This document shows, one piece after another, positions 47,200-56,694 of a DNA stretch of 64,000 nucleotides; positions within the stretch are counted from its first letter, which is position 1; each line of letters starts with the position of its first letter. Under the pieces are notes generated by a model, which had not been told where the DNA came from, made no database searches, and saw only the letters and a list, made by a program, of their open reading frames with translations. The DNA is from a virus, in the IMG/VR virus record IMGVR_UViG_3300032323_000716, positions 32,001-96,000 of that record; one strand, given 5' to 3'. Made by a program: the position numbers and the translations under genes.

Positions 47200-48179
47200 T
47201 TATTAGAATATCTCTTGATGTCTGCTTCAACCATCATTTTAACAAGTCCGTCAAAATCTGTTCTACGCTTCCAACCTAGTACAGTTTCTGCCTTTGCAGG
47301 ATTGCCGCATAGACTATGTAATTCTGCAGGACGTACAAATGCCGGGTTGGTTTCAATATATTTTTGCCAATCTTCAATGCCAGCATGTTTAAATGCACGT
47401 TCTAATAAATCGCCAATTGTATACTGTACTCCGGTAGCAATAACATAGTCGCCTGGCTCTGGTTGTTGTAACATTAACCACATGGCTTCAACAAAGTCGC
47501 CAGCAAATCCCCAGTCACGTTTTGCATCTAGATTGCCTAAGACAATTTTATCAGCAAGGCCCATTTTGATTTTAGCAACGCCGTCTGTAATTTTACGTGT
47601 GACAAATTCTTTACCTCTAATTGGTGATTCGTGATTAAACAAAATACCATTTGATGCATGTAGGCTATAACTTTCACGGAAATTTACAGTCATCCAGTAG
47701 GCATACAACTTGGCAACACCGTACGGGCTACGAGGCCAGAATGGAGTTTTTTCATCTTGCTGTCCTCCGGAGATTTCTATGCTGTTTCCAAACATTTCTG
47801 AGGTACTGGCTTGATAATATTTGGTATCAGGATTGTGTTGCTTGATAGCATTTAGGATATTTAACGGGCCAACCGCATTAACTTCGGTAGTTAGTTTATT
47901 GAGATCCCAACTGGCTCCAACGAAACTTTGTGCAGCAAGATTATAAAATTCACTTGGCTTTAAACTTTTGACCAAATGATTCATACAGCCGTCATCTGTG
48001 ATATCGCCGGTGATCAATTCCACTTCATTTTCAATTCCTAAGAATTTAATATTGTCTAAATTTGGATTAGAATAACGTTTGACTAGCCCGTACACTTTAT
48101 AATTTTTTTCTAAAAGTAATTTAGCAAGATACGGCCCATCTTGCCCTGTCATCCCTGTGACAAATGCGATTTTTTTCAT
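47196..48179 (-). CDS. gmd: GDP-mannose 4,6-dehydratase
   Basis: Motifs TGMTGQDG.YL, NLAAQSFV, QASTSEMFG, PRSPYGVAK, FNHESP, FVTRKIT and LGNLDAKRDWG. Confidence 0.93.
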   Translation of the reverse strand: MKKIAFVTGMTGQDGPYLAKLLLEKNYKVYGLVKRYSNPNLDNIKFLGIENEVELITGDITDDGCMNHLVKSLKPSEFYNLAAQSFVGASWDLNKLTTEVNAVGPLNILNAIKQHNPDTKYYQASTSEMFGNSIEISGGQQDEKTPFWPRSPYGVAKLYAYWMTVNFRESYSLHASNGILFNHESPIRGKEFVTRKITDGVAKIKMGLADKIVLGNLDAKRDWGFAGDFVEAMWLMLQQPEPGDYVIATGVQYTIGDLLERAFKHAGIEDWQKYIETNPAFVRPAELHSLCGNPAKAETVLGWKRRTDFDGLVKMMVEADIKRYSNK

Positions 48180-48227
48180 AGCGATCCTATATAAAGTAAG
48201 CAGTTTATTTATTAAAGCAGAAAACGC

Positions 48228-48623
48228 TCATCGCAATTTCCACTGAAAGTAAGTTTTGTGGATTTCTACAATTTGGTAGTTGTGAGATTTCAAAAAATTT
48301 TGATTTTCCTTAGAAATCAATTCTGGACCTTCGATGATTATCAAAGAACTCCATCTTTTGAACAACGGTAATAGATCTACTAGATGATTTTGATGATCCA
48401 AGTCGAGTAAAATTAAATCAACATCGTGTAAAGAATGAATATTGTCAAAATTTTCTCTATAAACGATATTTCTCGCACGTATGATCCGCCGATGATTGTC
48501 AACTAGAAAAATTGTGTTATAAGAATCTATGATTTCTTGAACATTTCCCCAAGCATTGCCAACGACCAAGACATTTCGGGCTTTTTTGTTTAACTTTTTT
48601 ATCCGTTTAGCAAATTTACTCAT
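48228..48623 (-). CDS. Hypothetical protein
   Basis: 131-aa ORF, with a minus-strand TAAATA upstream at 48647-48652. Confidence 0.5.
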   Translation of the reverse strand: MSKFAKRIKKLNKKARNVLVVGNAWGNVQEIIDSYNTIFLVDNHRRIIRARNIVYRENFDNIHSLHDVDLILLDLDHQNHLVDLLPLFKRWSSLIIIEGPELISKENQNFLKSHNYQIVEIHKTYFQWKLR

Positions 48624-48660
48624 GGTTTAATTATTAAATACTAGGATATTTATATTCTAG

Positions 48661-49488
48661 ATGAAATTCAAATTATGGAGAGAGCATGGTGCTCTCAATA
48701 GCCCTCCTATCTTTGCCGCTGTTGAGCAGGGACTCAAAAAAATCGGCATGACTGTGGTCGACAGAGATCAAGACATTGATGTGATATGGTCAGTTTTGTG
48801 GCAAGGTCGTATGATGCCAAATAAAATCATCTACGAAAAGGCCAAATTATTGAACAAGCCAATAATGATCATAGAAGTTGGTAATCTCTTAAGAGGAAGC
48901 ACTTGGAGAATCAGTCTTGATCATATACATGGTTTGGGAACTTTTGCCAACAGCAATAATCTTGATATACACAGACCAAAAAAATTAGGTATAGCATTAA
49001 AAAATATCAAAAATTCTAGAAAAGATTCCATACTGATTGCCTGCCAACATGCCAATAGTCTACAATGGGCAGGCCAGCCTACTATAGGACATTGGGTGTA
49101 CAAGACTGTTGAAGAAGTGCGTCAATACTCTGACAGGCCTATAATAGTTCGACCCCATCCGAGATCACCTATTTCCATAAAATTGCCAGGAGTTGAAGTT
49201 ATTACGCCTGCAAAAGTACCTAACACCTATGATGACTTTAATATTTCGTATGACCATCATTGTGTGATCAATTACAATAGTGGTCCGGCTGTAAAGGCTG
49301 CCATAGAAGGAACACCAGTCATCTGTGACCAAACCAGTTTGGCATGGCCTGTCTCAGATAAAATTGAAAATTTAGACAAAATTTCACTTCCGGATAGAGA
49401 AGATTGGTTTTTAAAACTTTGTCATACCGAATGGACTGTGCCTGAATTGCAAAACGGTGAACCATTTTCTAGATTGTTTTTAAAATAA
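48661..49488 (+). CDS. Capsule-polysaccharide-modification-like (KpsS/GT-B-like) protein, paralogue C
   Basis: Motifs IEVG, VRPHPR, INYNSGPAV.AAIEG.P and PDREDW...L..TEW. Confidence 0.5.
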   Translation: MKFKLWREHGALNSPPIFAAVEQGLKKIGMTVVDRDQDIDVIWSVLWQGRMMPNKIIYEKAKLLNKPIMIIEVGNLLRGSTWRISLDHIHGLGTFANSNNLDIHRPKKLGIALKNIKNSRKDSILIACQHANSLQWAGQPTIGHWVYKTVEEVRQYSDRPIIVRPHPRSPISIKLPGVEVITPAKVPNTYDDFNISYDHHCVINYNSGPAVKAAIEGTPVICDQTSLAWPVSDKIENLDKISLPDREDWFLKLCHTEWTVPELQNGEPFSRLFLK

Positions 49489-49492
49489 AAAC

Positions 49493-49521
49493 TTGACTTT
49501 TAGTCCTTAGGTGTGTACAAT
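49493..49521 (+). promoter_or_regulatory. sigma70-type promoter
   Basis: TTGACT (49493)-17 nt-TACAAT (49516), with an ATG 6 nt downstream. Confidence 0.6.
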
Positions 49522-49527
49522 AATAAT

Positions 49528-50727
49528 ATGTCAAATTTGTCATATATAGAAGATATTTTTAATCAGTTCTACACTTTGATCTATCAACAACAACTGTTGA
49601 TTTCAAAACAAGATCTTACGGCTACTTATAGCCTACATGAATATTGTGTGGACGACAATAAATTTCTCACATTGAATCAATCCAACTATCTTTTAAAGAT
49701 TTTATCCAGATATCAATCCGAATCTGCTCAACTAGGTTTAGATTATAAAGATAATCTAATTAGTCCACAATGGAAAAAAGTCTTTAGGACTTTGGATCTT
49801 TCTAAGAAAGTTTTTGTCGAACAAGACAAAGACAAAAAATGGTGGATTTGCCTCAAATTTCCATTTTCTCTCAAAGAAACTTTTGACAACGAAATTAAAA
49901 ATGAAAGATCAAATAGTGATAACAATAAATGGGATCACGACAGAAAATTAAGGTTAGTTGAAGTTTATAAACACAATGTAATGCACATAAACGAGTTTGT
50001 AAATCATCATGGATTTGACATAGATAACACGTTTTTATCGCTGGTCAGCGAAGTTGAAGAGATCTGGCAGCAACAAGATTCTATCACTACCTATGCAGTA
50101 TACGAAGACAACTCAGTTAGACTGGTCAATGCAGTAGCCGATGCAGAGACCTATTTTAATGAGAGAAAAACTGGCATTTACGAAGAGGACATTTTCTTGG
50201 CAAAAACCATGGGATATCCACTGAGATTGTCAAAAATTGCTGATTCGGTTTTAGAGAACATTTGTTCAAAAAATACAAATCAGTTTTGGTTAAAAGAAAA
50301 TAATAAATTTTTTGAACTTCATAACCAGGCAGGTGGTAAGTCTGCAATCCTTTTAGATAGGAATACCAAAGATATTGTAGGATGGTTGAAAAAATTCGTT
50401 TATGAAGCAGAAAATGCTGGTTGTAAAGATCAGATTAAAATCTGTTTTAGAGAAAGCGGAGACGATCATTCTGGATTGAATTCTTGGATCAAAGAAAATA
50501 ATCTAGGCGGAAAAGTCGAACAAGGTAAGATTTTTATTTTTCTACAAAAGCCACCTAAGTGGTTGTTTAGAGACAAAATAGATGTTAAAATTGTAGGTAC
50601 GAATTGCTATGTACCACCACTAAGCGATTCTATAACAGCACCGTGGTTATTTGCTCATCCTTGTCTATGTTATCTAGGAGACATAAAGCCAACGGTCATA
50701 AGGAACTATAAAATTGTCAGTGTGTAA
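49528..50727 (+). CDS. Hypothetical protein
   Basis: About 400-aa ORF overlapping the start of uvsW. No motif recognised. Confidence 0.55.
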   Translation: MSNLSYIEDIFNQFYTLIYQQQLLISKQDLTATYSLHEYCVDDNKFLTLNQSNYLLKILSRYQSESAQLGLDYKDNLISPQWKKVFRTLDLSKKVFVEQDKDKKWWICLKFPFSLKETFDNEIKNERSNSDNNKWDHDRKLRLVEVYKHNVMHINEFVNHHGFDIDNTFLSLVSEVEEIWQQQDSITTYAVYEDNSVRLVNAVADAETYFNERKTGIYEEDIFLAKTMGYPLRLSKIADSVLENICSKNTNQFWLKENNKFFELHNQAGGKSAILLDRNTKDIVGWLKKFVYEAENAGCKDQIKICFRESGDDHSGLNSWIKENNLGGKVEQGKIFIFLQKPPKWLFRDKIDVKIVGTNCYVPPLSDSITAPWLFAHPCLCYLGDIKPTVIRNYKIVSV

Positions 50728-52168
50728 GTTAGTAATCAAAGACGAAGTTAATATCAAAGTTGAAGGACTCAGTGTCGAAACTAGACGTAAAGTTGTCAAC
50801 GCACTGAAATATGATCTGCCCTATGCAAGACACATGCCGGCTTATAAATTAGGTAGATGGGACGGCACAAAAACATTTTTTGGTATTGGCGGAACTGGTT
50901 ATCTTGCACATCTAGATGTTATACTTCCTATTATAGAAGACTCTGGATACGACATTGAAGTTGAAGATTTACGTGAAAATAATTCACTAAAGTTTGTACC
51001 GATAGGAGAAAACTATTGGGCTGATCAAGGTAAGACTTGGCCTAAAGGTCATCCGCAAGCAGGCCAACCTATCGTGCTTAGAGATTATCAGTATGACGTT
51101 GTTAACAAGTTTTTAGAAAATCCACAATCATTACAGGAGGTAGCAACAGGTGCAGGCAAAACAATTACTACAGCGACGTTGTCGCATCTTTGTGAACCGT
51201 ATGGTCGTACGATGGTTATTGTTCCGAACAAATCGCTTGTTGTCCAAACTGAAGAAGACTACAAAAATCTAGGCCTTGATGTCGGTGTGTATTTCGGTGA
51301 TAGAAAAGAATTAAATCGCACACATACTATCTGCACTTGGCAGAGTTTAAATGTGTTAGAAAAGAAAGGCTATGACGATGATACGCTAACACTAGCAGAA
51401 TTCTGCGAAGGTGTATGTGCTATTATTATTGACGAAGTTCATCAAGCCAAGGCAGATGTGTTAATGAGATTGGCTACACAAAACTTCCGTAACTGTCCTA
51501 TACGGTGGGGACTCACAGGCACAATACCTAGAGAAAAGTGGGAATTTCAAAGCCTATTAGCCAGCATAGGACCTGTAATTAATCGTGTCAGTGCCCATGA
51601 TCTGCAACAGAAAGATGTGTTGGCTCAATTAGATATACAGGTATTGCAGACCACTGATGTACAAGTTTTTAGATCCTATCAAGAAGAATATACCTGGTTA
51701 GTCAGTGACGAAAGGCGGCTAGATTGGATTGCACAAAAAATACAATCTATCTCAGAAAACGGTAATACTCTTGTTCTAGTAGGAAGAATAGATACTGGAG
51801 ACAAGATAATAAAAAGAATTCCCGATGCAGTTTTTATCAATGGTTCTGTAAAATTAGACGACAGGAAAGAAGAATATGATGAGATTAAAACGAGCGATGG
51901 CAAGATTATTGTGGCGACTTATGGTGTGGCCGCTGTGGGTATTAATATCCCTAGGATTTTTAATCTGGTTCTTTTGGAGCCCGGAAAAAGCTTTGTCAGG
52001 GTTATACAAAGTATTGGGCGAGGCATTAGACGAGCAGAAGACAAAGACTTCGTACAAATCTGGGACATCACTTCGACCTGTAAGTATGCCAAACGACACC
52101 TTACGGAACGTAAGAAGTATTACAAAGAAGCCAAATATCCATTTACATTAACTAAAATTATTCTATGA
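50714..52168 (+). CDS. uvsW: SF2 DNA helicase (UvsW-like)
   Basis: Motifs GRWDG, LRDYQ, ATGAGKT, DEVH, GLTGT, GINIP and QSIGRGIR. Confidence 0.88.
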   Translation: MSVCKLVIKDEVNIKVEGLSVETRRKVVNALKYDLPYARHMPAYKLGRWDGTKTFFGIGGTGYLAHLDVILPIIEDSGYDIEVEDLRENNSLKFVPIGENYWADQGKTWPKGHPQAGQPIVLRDYQYDVVNKFLENPQSLQEVATGAGKTITTATLSHLCEPYGRTMVIVPNKSLVVQTEEDYKNLGLDVGVYFGDRKELNRTHTICTWQSLNVLEKKGYDDDTLTLAEFCEGVCAIIIDEVHQAKADVLMRLATQNFRNCPIRWGLTGTIPREKWEFQSLLASIGPVINRVSAHDLQQKDVLAQLDIQVLQTTDVQVFRSYQEEYTWLVSDERRLDWIAQKIQSISENGNTLVLVGRIDTGDKIIKRIPDAVFINGSVKLDDRKEEYDEIKTSDGKIIVATYGVAAVGINIPRIFNLVLLEPGKSFVRVIQSIGRGIRRAEDKDFVQIWDITSTCKYAKRHLTERKKYYKEAKYPFTLTKIIL

Positions 52169-52872
52169 ATTTCTTTAAGCCTAAAAATAAAAAAATACAA
52201 TTACAATGCCATACAACTATGCAGAGTCTTATAGATCTGTTTCCTCCAGAGGTTAATAAAGAAGGATTGCCTAGTTGGTATAAAGACTTGCCTAAAGAAG
52301 AAGGTTGGGTAACAATTAGACATTGTAACGGATTTCAAGACCTTTATAAGAATAGTATTATAATTAGATCTTGGTCCGACATAGACATTGAAGTAAGACC
52401 GGACGGATCTATAGCGTATGATTTTGCCTGTAAAGATGAAATTAAAGTACCGCTAGAAAGACATCACATTGACAGTCAGGCAGCCAATGCATGGCCTGGA
52501 TATTGCAATATAAAATTGATGAGTCCTTGGTATTTTAAAACAGAAAATATGCATAAATGGTTGATGTTGGCACCCACATGGGATCAAAAAGATCCGTTAG
52601 AGTTTGGTATAGTTCCGGGTGTTGTTGAATTCAAATATCAACATGTAACAAATATCAATTGTCTATTAAAATTAAAACCCGAACCTTATACAATCCATAT
52701 CAAGGCAGGCCAAGCACTGGTACAACTATTGCCGCTGTTTGATGAAGATTGGGAAATGAATATTGAATTATTTGATGACCGAGACTGGGTAAAATATTTC
52801 GGAAGATGGAATCATGCGTTTGGTCTGTCTTACCAAAAAACGAGAGCGATGCTGGAGAAAAAGAAAAAATGA
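52165..52872 (+). CDS. Hypothetical protein, possible dUTPase-like beta fold
   Basis: TIRHC..F.D, KLMSPW, PGVV and IKAGQALVQLLP pattern seen in phage dUTPase-like hypothetical proteins. Confidence 0.4.
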   Translation: MNFFKPKNKKIQLQCHTTMQSLIDLFPPEVNKEGLPSWYKDLPKEEGWVTIRHCNGFQDLYKNSIIIRSWSDIDIEVRPDGSIAYDFACKDEIKVPLERHHIDSQAANAWPGYCNIKLMSPWYFKTENMHKWLMLAPTWDQKDPLEFGIVPGVVEFKYQHVTNINCLLKLKPEPYTIHIKAGQALVQLLPLFDEDWEMNIELFDDRDWVKYFGRWNHAFGLSYQKTRAMLEKKKK

Positions 52873-53375
52873 GAATATTAACACTAAACAATAGAGCCTT
52901 TGATTTAAATGAATTACCAGATGAGGTCGACGAAGATACTAGATTCAGTGTACTAGATAATAGTAACCCACAAGATCCAGATTTCTTTTTTATGCCTTTG
53001 ATATTTTTGGAATCGTTTAATAGTCCGGCAATATTATTAAACATAGGCGGACACGAAGTACAAATGCCGTTGGATTGGTGCATGGTAGTCGGTGACAAAG
53101 AATGCGGGCTTGACCCAGAAGTACTACCGCTGACTAGCATTAATGAACGAGGGTTTGATGCACTGATTTTTAATCCTGTTAACGGATTTAGAGCAGAGTA
53201 CATGCCAATTGAAATATTAAACATCTATCAAGATGTAAGATGGTACTTTCCTAAAATGAAAAACGGTCAATTGTTAACTGTGCCATTACATGATGGCGAT
53301 AGTCCACCATGTGCGTTTTTTGTCAAAGAAGTTTCTAGACAAAGCGAAGTTCTACAATTACACAAAATGATATAA
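52869..53375 (+). CDS. Hypothetical protein, possible inactive Hint-fold domain
   Basis: Probable start MRILTL at 52869. The hydrophobic strand pattern resembles Hint blocks but catalytic residues are missing. Confidence 0.45.
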   Translation: MRILTLNNRAFDLNELPDEVDEDTRFSVLDNSNPQDPDFFFMPLIFLESFNSPAILLNIGGHEVQMPLDWCMVVGDKECGLDPEVLPLTSINERGFDALIFNPVNGFRAEYMPIEILNIYQDVRWYFPKMKNGQLLTVPLHDGDSPPCAFFVKEVSRQSEVLQLHKMI

Positions 53376-53608
53376 TGCCATTAGACAGTATAATGTACCA
53401 AAATGATGCATTTAACCGTCGTTGTATAGGTTGGCAGTTAAAGTACTCACTATGGCCAAGACGCTGTTATTATACTGGTAAAATGTTATGGTTTACATTA
53501 GCGTATATGGGAACATCTGTGTTGACTGGGCCAGGTGAATCTATAGTTGAATATAGATGGTGCGAAAGACACGAATACTTATTTTTAAAAATTAGAGGAA
53601 CAATATGA
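53375..53608 (+). CDS. Hypothetical protein
   Basis: 77-aa ORF coupled on both sides. Motif WPRRC..TGK.LW. Confidence 0.5.
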   Translation: MPLDSIMYQNDAFNRRCIGWQLKYSLWPRRCYYTGKMLWFTLAYMGTSVLTGPGESIVEYRWCERHEYLFLKIRGTI

Positions 53609-53961
53609 AAGCAGGAAAAGTATGGGGACAAACAGAACTCCTTGAAGCCAACGGTGTGTTAGAGTTTCACCGTATTGAAGCCAAAAAAGGCGGCACATGT
53701 TCCAAACATAAACACAAATATAAATGGAATGGTTTCTTTGTAGAAAAAGGCGAAATGATTATTCGTGTTTGGAAAAACAATTATGACCTAGTTGACGAAA
53801 CACTACTAAAAGCAGGTGAATACACAAAGGTAGCACCTGGAGAATTTCATCAATTCGAAGCAGTTACTGACTGTGTTGCCTTTGAACTCTATTGGGCAGA
53901 ATTTGATCACGACGACATCGAACGTGAAACTGTAGGATTTGCAAAAAATGGGAAATCTTAA
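53605..53961 (+). CDS. Cupin-domain protein
   Basis: Motifs KVWG, CSKHKH..KWNGF, PGEFHQF and DIER. Confidence 0.75.
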   Translation: MKAGKVWGQTELLEANGVLEFHRIEAKKGGTCSKHKHKYKWNGFFVEKGEMIIRVWKNNYDLVDETLLKAGEYTKVAPGEFHQFEAVTDCVAFELYWAEFDHDDIERETVGFAKNGKS

Positions 53962-54223
53962 ACCTGGTGCTACTTATACCTACGAACACCAAGATGGTGT
54001 TGTGTATGCTACCGAATCTGGTACAACAGATAAAAAGGTTATTGGCTGGGACTATAAATTTGATCCACGAACCGGCGACGGTAGACCGTTACGCGAACAT
54101 ATTTTAGAAGATAAAATGTGGGGAGATATTCGTCGGATGGCTCTAACCAATCCTGCTTTACAAAAGGCGTTGGATCGTGCTATAATGCTTTATCACCTGA
54201 GTAAAGAAAATGGGAAAAAATAA
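53948..54223 (+). CDS. Hypothetical protein
   Basis: Short ORF overlapping both neighbours. Confidence 0.5.
   Translation: MGNLKPGATYTYEHQDGVVYATESGTTDKKVIGWDYKFDPRTGDGRPLREHILEDKMWGDIRRMALTNPALQKALDRAIMLYHLSKENGKK
54157..54186 (+). promoter_or_regulatory. sigma70-type promoter
   Basis: TTTACA (54157)-18 nt-TATAAT (54181) with extended TGn. Confidence 0.5.
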
Positions 54224-54689
54224 ACACGTAGACCTATTCAAAGATATGATACCCGCAGTGGACATGGGTATCAAAGAATTGTGGGATGCCTCTCCAGAAG
54301 AAGGTCGCAAAGAGATCAAAGGCGATCTATGGACTCTCAATAGATATATCAGTAGTTGCAAAACCAATAACAGAGAACTACAAGAACATTATGTTCTAAC
54401 TACTAACGAGTTTTACAATAAAAATTGGGCGGGAATACAACATCATCCCAAATTGCAATGGCTCACGTTAGTAATGTGCGGCCATGAAAGTAAAAAAACT
54501 CAATTCCATGAATGGATTCCGTTAAAAGTTCATAAGAATAAAAAAGAAGAATTTTTAGCAGAACAATTTCCTAATATGAAAATGGCTGACATTGAAACAC
54601 TAGCAGCCATTACAACTGATGAAGAAATCAAAGAATATGCTCAGAGCCTTGGTTGGGACAAAAAACAAATCAATGGAATTAAACTATAA
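54210..54689 (+). CDS. Probable clamp-loader small subunit (T4 gp62-like)
   Basis: LNRYISS...NE..N...LQW..L...F.EWI pattern. Size and replication context also fit. Confidence 0.5.
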   Translation: MGKNKHVDLFKDMIPAVDMGIKELWDASPEEGRKEIKGDLWTLNRYISSCKTNNRELQEHYVLTTNEFYNKNWAGIQHHPKLQWLTLVMCGHESKKTQFHEWIPLKVHKNKKEEFLAEQFPNMKMADIETLAAITTDEEIKEYAQSLGWDKKQINGIKL

Positions 54690-55356
54690 GTGTGAATACT
54701 GTCAAAAACTTTTTGCCAAAGAAAAAACTTTGGTTGTGCATATCTGTGAACAAAAACGTAGACATATCAGTCGAAATGAAAAACATGTACAAGCAGGACT
54801 TTTGACCTTTCAGAAATTTTATGACTTCGCACAAAAAGGTAAAACAAAAAAAACATTTGACGATTTTGTAGATAGTCCGTATTACACAGCATTTGTAAAA
54901 TTTGGCAGTTTTCTTGTTAACACTAATCCTATCTATCCAGAAATGTTTATAGACTATGTAGTAAAAAGCGGCGTTAAAATAGATCATTGGTGCAGAGATG
55001 AACTATATGACACCTACATCAGCGAGTTGATCAAGAACGAACCGGCCGACGGTGCAATACAAAGATCTATAACTACTATGATGGATTGGTCTGATAAAAA
55101 CAATGCTCCTTGGGAACACTATTTTGCATATGTAAATTTAAACAGAGCCACCCATGATATTAAAGAAGGATTAATAAGTCCTTGGCTAGTATTAAATACA
55201 AAGTCCGGTAAAGAGATGCTTCAACGTATGAATGATGAGCAGTTAGAAATCATTGGTGCTGTCATAGATCCGCAGTATTGGATAAGAAAGTTTAAATCTT
55301 TGCCGGCAGACATTGAATTGATCAAAGACGTAGTCAAGGAGGCTAAGATACTATAA
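54673..55356 (+). CDS. Hypothetical protein with N-terminal Zn finger
   Basis: Motif YKCEYCQKLF...L..HIC. Probable start at 54673. Confidence 0.55.
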   Translation: MELNYKCEYCQKLFAKEKTLVVHICEQKRRHISRNEKHVQAGLLTFQKFYDFAQKGKTKKTFDDFVDSPYYTAFVKFGSFLVNTNPIYPEMFIDYVVKSGVKIDHWCRDELYDTYISELIKNEPADGAIQRSITTMMDWSDKNNAPWEHYFAYVNLNRATHDIKEGLISPWLVLNTKSGKEMLQRMNDEQLEIIGAVIDPQYWIRKFKSLPADIELIKDVVKEAKIL

Positions 55357-55607
55357 TGAGCAAGAGAAAAATTGTTGAAGAAAAGATTAAAGAATTAGAA
55401 GAAGCCATTGAAGAAGAGACTCTTGCTGAAAATGAAGAATACATCTCTAGAGATGATTTAGATATTGAAGTTCGGGTAATGCAAGATGAACCGGTGATTA
55501 TGGTACAGTTTTCTGGCTTTGAAGATCACGAAGATGCAGAAGAATATGCACAATTTCTAGCAGATAATTTACCGTTATTGTTGTTTGAAACTACAAGGAT
55601 ACAGTAA
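55356..55607 (+). CDS. Hypothetical acidic protein
   Basis: 83-aa Glu/Asp-rich ORF coupled to both neighbours. Confidence 0.5.
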   Translation: MSKRKIVEEKIKELEEAIEEETLAENEEYISRDDLDIEVRVMQDEPVIMVQFSGFEDHEDAEEYAQFLADNLPLLLFETTRIQ

Positions 55608-56185
55608 TGCCAGATATTGATATAGATTTCGTTGATAGAGATCAGGCACTGAGTTTATTCAAACACAAAGTGGCTAGTCGAGTTGACAATCAAAGTCTAG
55701 TTAAACATAATACAGGTGTATATTTTCATCAAGTGCCTGTAGATTTAAAAACTGGATTATGTGAGATTCCCTACGAGCAAGCAGAAGATCAAGGCTTCTT
55801 TAAAATTGACTTTCTTAATGTAGGAATCTATAAAGGTGTTCGAGATGAAAATCATTTGTTGCAATTAATGAACACAGAACCATTGTGGGATTTATTAGAA
55901 CAAGACGAGTTTAGCAATCTGTTATTTCATGTCAATGGTCACGGTAACGTTTTAAGAGCCATGAAGCCTGCAAGCATAGAACAATTGGCTTCTGTGTTAG
56001 CAGTGATCAGACCTGCTAAAAGATACTTAATTGGTAAAGACTGGAACACAGTCATGTCTGAAGTATGGGTCAAGCCTGAGAATGATGAATACTACTTTAA
56101 GAAAAGTCATGCTATTGCTTACGCTACGGCCATAGTAGTACAGATGAATTTAATTTGCGAAGGCATATCTTACGGATACAATTAA
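55607..56185 (+). CDS. Miniature DNA polymerase III alpha (DnaE, family C) catalytic-core protein
   Basis: Ordered DnaE motifs within 192 aa: MPDIDIDF, KHNTGV, FKIDFL, AVIRP and YYFKKSHAIAY. Confidence 0.75.
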   Translation: MPDIDIDFVDRDQALSLFKHKVASRVDNQSLVKHNTGVYFHQVPVDLKTGLCEIPYEQAEDQGFFKIDFLNVGIYKGVRDENHLLQLMNTEPLWDLLEQDEFSNLLFHVNGHGNVLRAMKPASIEQLASVLAVIRPAKRYLIGKDWNTVMSEVWVKPENDEYYFKKSHAIAYATAIVVQMNLICEGISYGYN

Positions 56186-56694
56186 TGGCAAAAATAAAAA
56201 ACAAATTACCAATCACTGTTTCTTGGGAAGGTCCAGAAAAAAGAGAACTGTATCTCGATTCAATGATAAAAGAAAATAATTGGAATATCGGAGTTGAAAT
56301 AGGTGTACGATTTGGCCGAACCTTATTTTATCTTTTAGATAACAATCCTAATTTAAAAATGTACGCTGTGGACATCGACACTAGTCAATTTTATAATCAA
56401 CTAGTAAGCGCACGATACGCAGATAGATTAGTTGTATTAGAAGGAGACAGTTCGACACTGGCTTCAACTATTAAAGAAACTGTTGATTTTGTTTTTATAG
56501 ATGGCGCACATTCTAAAAAGGCAGTGATCAAAGATATAACTGAATATAGAAAAATACTTAAAGATGATAGAGGATTGACTGGTCATGATATAGACTATCC
56601 GTCTATACAGTCTGCACTATCTGATCTAGGTATTAATTATGATGTAGGTCCAGATAATGTTTGGACTTTTAAATCAACCGGGCTTTCTAATTAA
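56185..56694 (+). CDS. Class I SAM-dependent methyltransferase (Methyltransf_24-like)
   Basis: Motifs VEIGVRFG, AVD, GDS, DFVFIDGAH and GHD. Confidence 0.75.
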   Translation: MAKIKNKLPITVSWEGPEKRELYLDSMIKENNWNIGVEIGVRFGRTLFYLLDNNPNLKMYAVDIDTSQFYNQLVSARYADRLVVLEGDSSTLASTIKETVDFVFIDGAHSKKAVIKDITEYRKILKDDRGLTGHDIDYPSIQSALSDLGINYDVGPDNVWTFKSTGLSN

